NCBI GenBank assembly: GCA_951406725.2
Contig: OX597817.1
Coordinates: 126,728,001 to 126,792,000, forward strand
Direction: 5' to 3'
DNA length: 64,000 bases
Source of the DNA: Octopus vulgaris
Taxonomy: Eukaryota
The translations under genes were made by a program, and so were the position numbers. Below, one piece after another: positions 52,642 to 64,000 of this stretch (positions within the stretch are counted from its first letter, which is position 1; each line of letters starts with the position of its first letter). The notes under the pieces were generated by a model that was not told the DNA's origin, searched no databases, and saw nothing but the letters and a program-made list of their open reading frames with translations.

Positions 52642-54749
52642 AGGATGTATGGATACATACTAGAGATGTGTTGTACTTAAATTTGTATGAGTTGTCCCAT
52701 AATAGTTTATCACATCGTATATTGGACCTATTGAAATAAGGGGATATACTGTTTTTGCTTGAGTATATCAAAGTAACGCACGTTATTGAAATAGTGTGAA
52801 AAATGAAAGTCTTATTTGTACGCAAATTTACAAGCTGATGTTATATGTTACTTAAGCGTGTTGGAAAATGGAGTGGAAAAACATTTCTTAAATGTTATTT
52901 GATCTTCCTAATTGGAATGTTTGACTGCTATTCAAAGACTGACTTAACTAAATATACATGTATACGCATATGGCAATACAGGGCCCAAGCAGCAATATGA
53001 AAAGGAATTGACAGCATATTATAACAAGGAATATCCCAGGTAAGATTCGTTCCCTAAATTACAATGTAAAAATATAGTTATAATAAAACACTAGTTTCTA
53101 AATGAAGAATTTGATGACGATTATACGCAAAGAATTTGTACCATGGGATATTATAATAAATGTGCAAGATGGATGAGGTATTGAGTTGGAAAATGTTGCA
53201 CTCTTAATTCAGCTGCTATTACGACAAAACCATTCTTACATTAGGTGGCGATCATTCGCCATGTGTTTAACTAAAGCCACCAATAATGTTAATTGGGAAT
53301 AAGAACATGGATATTCATGTACTGGAATTGTAATGAATCAGCTTTCAAAATGCTAGCAATACCCAGCACAATACCATTATAATTTCTTCTTTTTATAAGC
53401 AGTATTAACTTTGATTGTGGCTCAGCATTGAACAGTTCTGAGTGATAAAACATTGTTTAAACGTGCCATTACAACTCTTTTAAAGTAATGTTATTGCATT
53501 ATTGCCTTTTCAGTTAGCTATTACAAGAAATGTGACATAGACTAGGTTTCAACTAACATACTTTTGGTAGAGTAACGTTAGAATTTGTCTTCAATTTGGA
53601 AATGTTCATATTGAAACAAATTTACTTTCATTGGATATTTTGCTGAATGTCTGAGGAAAAGGATCAGGAACTCAGTAACATAAAACAACCTGTCACATGA
53701 TCGGTTCTCGGTTCCTAAACAGACATACTAATAAGCCTGTTTACTAAAGACGGTAGCTTCCTGTCTGAAATCCTGCAAATTAAAGATAATCCCTTGTCAA
53801 AAGTTAACTAAGTAGTGTCACCGTCCATCCAATAACTGGATATGAAGCGACTCTCCATCGACCTTAGACACATCTTTCAGAGTAGGCAAACTCTACTGTA
53901 ACTGCAACTTCTTTTATATTACAAAATGTAGACACCTGTTGGAATATTTGATGCTTGCATCACTATTTAGGCAATACATTTCCGAAACGGGGGACATTTT
54001 CACTCGTTAGAGGAAAATGCAATTAATAACTTAATGCAATATCCATGTGTCTTTCAGTAATCTAAGTGAGCAACGTACGTTGTTCTGAACTGTTTATATT
54101 CAACCCATAATGCATTGTACTGTGTGCTGGACAGACTGAGGACATAACATCTGTGATGAGGATATTAGGGAAATGACAGGTGTGGTATCTTTTCTGGAGT
54201 ACAGAGGACAGTCAGCGGCTAGCCTTTGGAATACGTATAAGAGATGTAGTGAGACCAAGGGAAATTAATGAAAAAGATTACTGTCAGACAAGTATTATGT
54301 TTTACTGAAAGTCAGTTTTACTAAATCTTCCATTTCTAGATCACTGAAATGTTTGTGAAGATATACATTTAATTCAATGACTATTTTTAAAAAAATTATA
54401 TTAATTTGATTATATATAATATCATTTTAATGTACTATGAAATTGGTTTGATGTATATATTATAGTATTTATTTTCCTAATATATAGATGTACTTATAGG
54501 TTAATGAACTAATGCACATATAAAGCTGTGAATTTAATTAACTACATACTACATTAAGTCAATTGAATATACATAAAGTATCAAATTAATATTATATCAT
54601 TTGTTGCATGTTTTGTTTAATAGATTAACTTTGCAAAGAAATCCGTAAAACAGTCACAAAGATTTCTTTCATGTACATATAGGCTATTATTGCACGGCAG
54701 AATAGGATATATATACATATTTTTATTTATGTATGTGTGTATGTATTTA

Positions 54750-54844
<95 letters not shown>

Positions 54845-56012
54845 ATGTATGTGTGTGTGTGTGTGTGAGTGCAACTGTGTGTGTGTATGTGTATTTTGTG
54901 AATGATACGAAAATTCAAAATGCCAATGATATTTTAAGACTGAAACAGCATTTGCGTCGATGGCTAATGCATGCATGCATACATGCATACATCCATCCAT
55001 ACATACATACATACATGCATACATATCAGCTGTATTATTATATGTTGTTTTAAATCATCGTTTATCTCTTGCAAAAGTTACCTTCACGCTGTTTCACTGC
55101 TACTGCTATAATATACGTGAAACTAGGGGTGATATTTCTGAAATACTTGGATCTATGTTATTATTTTGAGTAAAATCGCGGTTTGCATCGGTTAAGCATG
55201 ATTTGTTTTGTATCTAGTGGATATTCATTTCGTAGTATTTTCTTCTTTTTTCAGTTAATACACATTTTATGGTTGTTCTCGAAATAAAAACAGAGCAGTC
55301 AATATTGGAATGAAAGAATATTTGACCAAAAATTTGAAATTATATTTACGATAATATCTTAGGGTGATATGTCTGGCTTAATTTGATATGGCTGAGTTAT
55401 AATCAAAAGAAGCTAGTTCGATTTTCAAGTATTTTTATTAAACCAGGACGTGTTTTTTTCTTTTCTGCTGCATTGATTGTAATGTATATATATGATGAAC
55501 ATCTGCCTAACTGTTCTTGCAGAACGTGATTCACGTGTAGCGGAAAAAGAGTAGAATGTGTCGTACACTTTAGAGGAAGACAAATAAGAAATGTAGAGAA
55601 CTAGTTGCGTAGAAATTACATGGGTTTATACAGATGGACTTCTAACGAGAATTTAGCAATGTATTTGAATTAGACAAAAAGATTACTCCACCTGCAATTA
55701 GAATTTTTAATAAAATGTGTAAATAAATGGAAATCAGCCTAAAAATGAAGAGTTGTTTTTGCATATGGTAGAGAACATGTTTCTTTTATGGAAACTTCAC
55801 TCGTTCAGATATATGGATCAAGTACCAATTCAAGGAATGTATGAACGTATTTGAATTTAGAAGAATATAAATGGCTTCTATTGCTCATCGAACGTATATG
55901 AACGTATATGAACGTATATGTCGGTGAGTCCTTCTTTGTAGGGTTTTAACATGGATTTTAGTTCCCTCATTATTTTTGTTGACTGTAGTTTTGTGCCTTT
56001 TCATAATATGTT

Positions 56013-58145
56013 GTGTCTTCCAACATAGATAGTATTAAAGTTACTGAGGAGCTACACAAATACAACGAGGACGAATCGTTGGTTAGAAATAGGAGTAACT
56101 ACACCCCCTCAAAAGGTAAGAATAAAACACTCGATCATTTCTGTGACCACATATCGAATTACCCATATCAACATATGCACAAACATAAACACAAACCAAA
56201 CTTTAGCAACAAGGAATGGGCTGAGTTGAACAAATTAAAACAAGACAAAACAATAACAATCATAAAAGCAGTGCAGTTGTCTTAATGGACACGACATTTT
56301 ACATAACTTTAATACTATCTATGTTGGAAGACCAAACATATTATGAAAAGGCACAAAACTACAGTCAACAAAAAAAAATGAGGGAACTAAAATCCATGTT
56401 AAACCCCTACAAAGAAGGGCTCACCGACAAAGAATATGACTATATGAACAATTTCACAAGTAAAACCAGCCAATTCTACGGTATTCCTAAGATACACAAA
56501 AGTGAGAAAATAAGTAACGCATGCAAGATAGCCACAGTCAAAATAATTAAAGTCACTAATCCTAATGAACTCAAATTGAGACCCATAATAGCAGGTCCCG
56601 CATGCGAAACCCACCGCCTCAGTAACTTTTTAGGCAACCTGTTAAACATGTCAAAAGCTATATAAAGGACGCCTTGGATATGCTCAATCACCTACCTAAT
56701 ACTATAAACAAAAACACCCTACTAGTATCCTTCGATGTAGTCAACCTCTACTCTAATATCCCCCACAACCTAGGAATAGAGGCAATTCAATTCTGGCTTG
56801 AGAATCACGCCAACGAACCCCCACATCGCATCAAAAAAGAATTCGTGATAGAATGGGTTAAATTCATCCTGGAAAATATCTTCTTCGCCTTCAAAGACAA
56901 CTTCTACCGACAAAAATCGGGGACTGCGATGGGTTCACGAATGGCCCCCTCCTTTGCCAACCTAGTCATGGGATATCTAGAAATCAGTCTGTAAGGTTCC
57001 AGAAAGCTATGGCAGCCATTTCTCCCTCTACTTAGAAAACAACCGGAAGATATACCTAGATGACTGTTTCATTCTTTGGCATGAATATATAGAGAAACTC
57101 AAATAATTCCAAGCAATTTTAAATGGACTGGACGTAAACATCCAATTCACGATGGAATATAATCAGCAACAACTACCTTTCCTCGATATCCTTATTAAGA
57201 AATCTAATAATGTAATAGAAACAGATATATACTACAAGCCTACAGATTCTAAGCAATATCTTCCATTCAATTCATGCCACCCCAGACACACCAGAATGAA
57301 TATCCCCTTCAATCTAGCAAAAAGGATATGTACTATAGTCTCCAATGCAAACACCAGTGACACACGACTACAAGAACTAAAAGATACCCTCATTACCAGG
57401 AACTACCCACCTTCACTTATTGACATATGCATTCAATGTGCCCTCCAACTCAACATCCAGGAACTCAGACATCCCAAATCAAAGAAACATTTACGACCAA
57501 AACCCTTACCATACATCTCCACACACAACCCTCTCAACAATGAAGCCTTCGACACCATCCTCCAAAACATACCCCTGCTAAAAAAAAGACCACAGAATGA
57601 ACACAATCCTCCAAACACACACGATCATAAAAAGCAAGAGACAGCCTAAATCTATGAAAAGTCTCCTAACACAAGCCCGAATACATTCTTCAACACAGAA
57701 GCCGACAGTAAAAAAATGTGGAAGACCCAATTGCGGGATATGCGATTATCTAATTGAGGGATCAGAGTTCTCCTTCAAACAGGGACAACGGTTTACAGTG
57801 AAAAGCAACTTCACATGTGCTTCGGAGAACCTGATATACACACTAACCTGCTGTGGGTGTCAAGAGCAGTACATAGGCCAAACAAAAAATAGTTTGCGTA
57901 AAAGAATGGCCCTGCACAGATCCCAGATAAAAATTCCCCAAAACAGAAAAATAACATTCAGCCAACACATAGATACTTGCGCCAACAACAAAACACCAAA
58001 CTTCAGGATTTTCCCCCTCTACCAATTCAGGGACGATACAACCACGAACCAACGAATAAGTAAACAAACTCTCTTTATTACAAAATATAAGCCCCTTCTG
58101 AACGGGTCTACGCCAAACGAAATATACACCTCGGCTTTAGAATAA
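56013..58145 (+). pseudogene. Penelope-type reverse transcriptase + GIY-YIG endonuclease, several frameshifts
   Basis: FYGIPKIHK, LRPIIAG, LVSFDVVNLYSNIP, GTAMGSRMAPSFANL, RYLDDCF, LPFLDI, YYKPTD, CGRPNCGIC, NLIYTLTCCGCQEQYIGQT. Confidence 0.95.
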
Positions 58146-58321
58146 CACAAATCCACACGCAAATATTACATTCCTAAGAATCCATTACAAATCAGCCCCA
58201 ATCGCAGGTATAACCCAAAACGTGCCAACTTTAAGTCATACAACACCGCACTACTTCCACACATTCATATTCTCCATCCTCTTTCTTCTTCTTTTTCTTC
58301 TCCCTCTTAATCATCATCATT

Positions 58322-58360
<39 letters not shown>

Positions 58361-58387
58361 GTCATCTACTTCCTCTTCTTCTTCTTC

Positions 58388-58419
<32 letters not shown>

Positions 58420-58871
58420 CTTCTACTTCTTCTTCAGCATCATCAACATTATCATCTTCTTCTTTATCTTCTTCTTCATCATCTTCTTTTTCTTCTTTAT
58501 CTTCTTCTCCTTCCTCTTCTTCTCCCCCTTCTACTTCCTAACTTTATCACTAATGCTTTTTAGTATAACACCTACGCAAATTCTATAAACAAACCTTTCA
58601 ATAGAAATATTCTCATGAACTGCTAGCTGCCACTGACCATTCAAAATACAACAATCAAGGCACTCCCAAAAATTCCCCCCTCCTACTCCTCATCATCCTT
58701 CTTCTTCTTCCCTACCAAGAATTCACAACGACCTCGAACCCACAAGTGTGAACAAGAGAGACTGTGCAAAGCAGAAACAAGGAAAATGCCACTTGTATTT
58801 GAACACTATACAAATATTCCTTTAAAAAAACATTTCTATTAATTTTTCTAAATTTGATTATTTAATCGTTA

Positions 58872-58909
58872 CAGTTGAAAAGGTCTCAAAATGACTGAAA
58901 CCGGTACTG
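58872..58909 (+). ncRNA. Decayed type I hammerhead motif in the Penelope 3' repeat
   Basis: cag-TTGAAAA-ggtc(tcaaaat)gact-GAAAC-cg-GTA-ctg. Confidence 0.6.
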
Positions 58910-59044
58910 AAATGTTCTTTATAAAATTATTTTAGCATTTTCTATTTTGACTTATTTTTTCATATATAACAACTCGTGTGTTCCCTTTCATCCTTATACA
59001 TATATATATATATTAACCTAGTAATATATATATTATATATAATT

Positions 59045-60448
59045 CTTTTCATAAGGAAACAACCACTCTCCACTTTGCCACAAGGCATGCTGTTTTCATC
59101 CGACCGCGTCTCGTAAACGCTTTAGAACCTCCAAGGAAAATGTCTGGTTAATAGTTAGACCAGGAAGAATAAAGTGTGTGTGTGGACAATACCTTTCGCA
59201 TCAATAAAGCAAATGAGCATCGTCTTGACATCGGACGTCACTTGAAGCACCTTTTTGAGGAGTGGTGACATTGAATGCCTCCGCTGACTTGATTGCTGCT
59301 ACCTTTCCGGGTTGTAGCCGTAGCAGTAGCTTTCGTCCCCGGTGATAACGTTCGAAGAAAGGTCCGGTTAAACATCCAGCCGCCCATTTATACATATCGA
59401 TATATATCTAACTACCCATCTATCAATATATCTATCTACCTATCTATCTATAGTGTTGTTTTACTGCATCTTTGTTTTGCACAGATTCTCCTCTTTTTGT
59501 TGATTTTTGCCATGGCTCAAACGAAGGAACAGCGGGCTTCCGTGAAATTCTGTATATATATCAGCACATATAAACACGTCACTAAAATGACTAAGAGTAC
59601 AATATATACATACCGATATATATCTAACTACCCATCTATGAATCAATCTATCTATCTATAGTGTTGTTGTATTGTCACATGATGCATCTTTGTTTTGCAC
59701 ATATTATCCCGTTTGTCGATTTTTGCCGTGGCTCAAACGAAGGTACAGCGGGCTTCCGTGAAATTCTGCTTTCTGCTGGGGAAAAACGGCGGCCGAAACA
59801 GATCTCAAGTTCCTTCAAACAGCTCACAAAGACCTTGCCATGAGCAAAACACAATTTTTGCGATTGATTTTCACGCTTTAGGAATGGTCCCTTGTTGCTT
59901 GAAAACCAACCTCGTTCAGCCTGAATGTCGACCTCTTGAAGAATGCAACCATCATGAAAATTCGTGAACTGATATTAGAGGACAGTCGTCGAACAGTTGA
60001 CGAACTTGTTGATATGACTGGTGTGTCCCGAAGCTCTTGGCAATGAATTTTTTTAGAGAGGATTCGCGAATAAAAGAATTGCAACAACATTTCCTTGCTT
60101 AGGGAATATCAAATGCAATCACGTGTCGTGAACTGAAATAGCGGCTGGAAGTTTATCCGGACCTTTTTTCGAACGTCTTCACCGGGGACGAAAGTTACTG
60201 CGACGGCTACAACCCGGAAAGGTAGCAGCAATCAAGTCAGCGGAGGCATTCAATGTCACCACGCCTCAAAAAGGTGATTCAAGTGAAGACTTTTTTTAAT
60301 TCCCGCGACTATTGCTCCGAACAGTGGAAAACGCTTGAAAATGCTTGAAAGGGAGATTACTTTGAAGGTGAGAAAATCTAAACATTGAAATGTAAGTGAA
60401 TAAAATAAAATTGCAACATTTCGGTTTCTTTTCGGTACCCTCTCGCAT
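59045..60448. mobile_element. Rearranged mariner: plus-strand deleted copy (~59600-60448, 3' TIR) plus inverted and direct duplicated pieces
   Basis: QRASVKFCFLLGK, FTGDESYCDGYNPE. 59235-59383 is the reverse complement of 60141-60290. 59384-59552 repeats at ~59600-59770. TIR cggtttcttttcggtaccctctcg. Confidence 0.88.
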
Positions 60449-60450
60449 AC

Positions 60451-60611
<161 letters not shown>

Positions 60612-60614
60612 TAG

Positions 60615-61635
60615 AGATTACGAAAAAAGACGAAGTCAGGTGATATACTGTTGTACAAAACAGACAGATGTATTAGTATAACGCTCATGAATAGAAAAAA
60701 TATTTTACGTTTCGAGCCTACGCTCTTCGACAGAAAGGGACACAGAAAAAACAAGAGATAAAAAAATGTGTGTAATGGCTAACGATCTATCATGGCGACT
60801 GAGTCAGACAGAAGGATCACACACGAGAGGGAAAGTAGGGGAGATAACAAAGTAAAGATGACCTCCAACACGAAGGTGCGTGTGTGTATAAGAGAGTATG
60901 TATGTGCGTGTGAAAGAGGGCTAGTGGTCTGGACTGTGCGTGTATGTATGTGTAGGTGTATGTATGTGTATGTATGGGAAGAGAGAAAGAGAGGGTGAAA
61001 GATTTAGAGAGTAAGAGAGAAGAGAGGAAGAGAGAGGAGGTAATGATAGTAGGGGTGAACAGAAGTAGGAGTGAAGAGAAGTAGGAGTGAAGAGAAGTAG
61101 GAGTGAAGAGAAGTAGGAGTGAAGAGAAGTAGGAATCGGGGCAAGAGAGGAGAGTTGGGTGGGAGGAAGTAGGAGGGAGGGGGAGAGAGGAGAGAATGAG
61201 AGTGAGGGAGCAGAGAGAAAGAGAGAAGAGAGAAAGAGAGTAAGAGAGAAGAGGCAAAGAGAGTAGAGGTGAAGAGATGTAAGAGTGAAGAGAAGTAGGA
61301 GTCGGGGAGGAGTTTAGATGAAGAGGGGAGGAGAGTTGAACCCAAATGGCGTAAAAGAGCGAAGAGAGAAGATTAATCCCTGTTCACAGCACAAACGGGA
61401 GTCCGGATGGCCTCTGTGCAAGGACAATCCGAACACAGACAGGTGTTGCAAGGAGTGACCGGAGGAGCGGAAATGGCGTGAGACCAGGGTGTTATTGCCG
61501 AGGCAGATGTCTCGGAGGTGTTCCGCAAACCGGTCAGCCAAGCGGTGTCCCCTTTGTCCGATGTACAGGGAATGGTAGAGAGAGCCGGAGATGCAATAGA
61601 TGATATTGCTGGAGGTGCAGGTGAAGGAGTCATAT
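60615..61635 (-). mobile_element. Penelope-like element 3' end: GIY-YIG domain, CT-rich tandem repeat, terminal repeat with hammerhead
   Basis: ORF 61314-61721 includes FTCTSSNIIYCIS..LYIGQRGHRLADRFAEH..VSRHF..EQGLIFSL..GFN. 16-bp repeat agaagtaggagtgaag at ~61061-61133. Confidence 0.92.
60703..60736 (-). ncRNA. Minimal hammerhead motif lacking helix III, with variant core CUGUCGA
   Basis: Minus: ttt-CTGTCGA-a-gagc(gtag)gctc-GAAAC-GTA-aaa. Confidence 0.68.
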
Positions 61636-62374
61636 ATACATGTGTGTGTGTATGCGTGTGTACAGCAAGAACTGAAGTAGTAGTGCTGCTCCACATGAAT
61701 ATATGTATGCATTATTTCCATCCAAACAACGTTAACGTTGCCTTCACTATGTACTTTGATATGACTACATATAATTAGCTGAGTATCGTAAACATATTTA
61801 TGGAAGAGGTTTCGACATTCAACAAATAATTAACTAGAAATAGAGTATCACAATGATTTGTTTTTGTAGACGCGAATAATTAGAAATATAACTGCACTTT
61901 AGATTCTAATGATTTAGCGGAGGTCATATAGAAGCTATACAAGAGAAAAAAAGAATCATCATTTAGAAGTTGAAACTTATCCATTGATTCCACAACATTA
62001 TTTACATAATTATGAGCTATATTATAATTCTTTCTTTTATCAACTAATCAGGATGATTTTAATCAATAAGTAATCATACAGATAGACATATTCAAAGAAT
62101 AGAAATATTCAAAGAAAAAAATTGAAAAAATTTAAGAGTTATGTTATACATATATGTGTGTGTGTGTGTGTACAGTAATAATGGGAAAATATTCTAATTT
62201 CTTTGATATACTTTCATTAAGATTACTTTATAGAACAACTCATATATATGTGTATATGTCTATATATATATATATATATATGTGTGTATAAGTCTATATA
62301 TATATATACAATTATGTATCCAAAAAATATAACAAAATAATAAGTTTTTGGAGAGAAGATTGGAAATTTGCAAA

Positions 62375-62785
62375 TGACGGTCTCTATTTGGTCGTCATGG
62401 ATGATAGATGGAGGTCCACTACGCTCATGATCTTCAGGGCTCATGTCTTTAATGCGAAATCGTTTAAACCATTTTCTAGCTGACCACTCACTGGTCCTTT
62501 CCTCACAAGATGTTTCGATTATATTGCAAGCAGTTTCAGCTGTCTTACGTCCTTTCTTGATGAATCGCAACATTTTTCAAATATTGCTCTGCGACTGATC
62601 CATTTCATATGATTTTAAAAGCGGTGGAAAAAGATGCCAATGTTAATTTATTGATGCGTTTGTGCAAGTCTACATCTGTATCATCAGAAAATTGCAAAAT
62701 ATTGTTTAAAAACATTACAAACTGCAAAAATGCGGTACAATTTCTTCATGGTGCGACACGTTGCTTACTTTTTACTCACCCTGAT
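62375..62785 (-). mobile_element. Mariner 5' fragment (TIR + HTH)
   Basis: MLRFIKKGRKTAETACNI..ARKWFKRFRIKDMSPEDHERSGPP. TIR-like cagggtgagtaaaaagtaagc on the minus strand. Confidence 0.82.
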
Positions 62786-62881
62786 AGATATAGAGATAGA
62801 TAGATAGATATATTGATAGATAAAGAGATAGATAGATGCATACATACATACATGCATACATAGAGAGACAGATACATAGAT

Positions 62882-62950
<69 letters not shown>

Positions 62951-64000
62951 TATAGATAGATAAATAGATAGGCGGTTAGATAAATACATAGATAGATAGA
63001 TGGATTGAGAGAGAGGGAGGCAAATAGACGAAGTGACTCATATTTCTATAACCATTATTAGCATAGGGTACAATGTTGCAATATATATTGGGCGTTTCCT
63101 ATAGAGTAGGCTTTTTTGACAACCTTTATCGTGAGATTATTTCAACTGTGAAGGAGCCTTGATTTTCTACGAATAAGTAGGCTCGGCAACAAATGATACA
63201 CTACAAATTATTGTGAGGAAGTAGGCTATGAATCGAGGGTTTTTACTTGCATCTCTGCAATGAACGCATTGATTTTATCTGGCAATTATAGAAATCAACA
63301 GCAATGATTTTTTAATGAATGTAGCATAACTGAAGTAACTTTCATTGTACTGCGAATGATTACCAACAATACATACGAAAAGTTGTTCGATGTTTTTGTC
63401 TTTCGGACAAAGATAGAACGAACGAATAAGGGATGCCATTTCCTTAGATTTTGTCTGCAAATAGTGTATCATGATCGAAATCATAAATTAAAATCTTTCT
63501 GACAAATACAGGGTTTTGTTGGATGTATGTTTTGTAGCTACCATTACCACTTTTTATGACTATGCTCAGGTTTATCTTCTTATAGATAACGTAGTGTTTC
63601 TAAAAGTGCGATACATAACATTACAATATGAATGAAATCAGTATAACGTAAAAGTTTATGAATCAGTATTTGCCTTTGACAAAAGAAATACCTGAAGTTG
63701 CAGCTCCAGTTTATTGTAATTAAATTGTCTATCATAAACGATTTTAGACACGGATCTACGTTTTTATTGGCTCACAAAATGAACGCGAATCCATAAATTC
63801 TAATACGTAAAGTAGCACATACAAAGCAAAAAATAATAGAAATTAAGAGAGGATGTGAAAATGATATAAAGCTAAAGGAAGAAATGGAAGGAATCGAAAG
63901 AAATGAAGAAAAGAAGAATAGTTTTTACATAAGACATAATTGGAAGAGTGGCAAAGGAAAAGAGCAACTCTGCCAACAATTGAGGAGTCAAAATTTATGG

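Larger units (their letters stand above)
56013..58995 (+). mobile_element. Penelope-like retroelement (Neptune-type), 5'-truncated, with 3' terminal repeat
   Basis: RT + GIY-YIG pseudogene, then (CAT)n/(CTT)n tracts, a decayed hammerhead at 58872-58909 and an end at a TA tract. Confidence 0.93.

Noticed and set aside
58222-58563. His/Leu-rich ORF
   Set aside because: (CAT)n/(CTT)n microsatellite in the Penelope 3' region.
61061-61133. 16-bp repeat array as a CRISPR-like structure
   Set aside because: No spacers; it is a simple purine-rich minisatellite inside a Penelope element.

Overview
AT-rich, microsatellite-dense eukaryotic non-genic or intronic DNA. The SINE, LINE and Penelope content looks like a coleoid cephalopod, most likely Octopus (inferred from recalled repeat families, not from a search). 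No host protein-coding gene can be supported. The window is a nested field of decayed transposable elements: tRNA-derived SINEs of at least three families, R4/Dong-like RLE LINEs, Penelope-like elements (RT + GIY-YIG) with several hammerhead-ribozyme motifs (some inside long palindromes), Tc1/mariner/maT/pogo DNA transposons and Helitron-like elements. The most notable observation is a ~1.9 kb retroelement at 9449-11355 that encodes only an ORF1-like protein (RRM-like region, CCHC knuckle, unknown C-terminal domain). It is inserted, with a 16-bp target-site duplication, into a quasi-palindrome in the tRNA-like head of a SINE. A second, strongly diverged copy (18233-19550) sits at essentially the same SINE position, which suggests a non-autonomous, SINE-targeting retroelement family.
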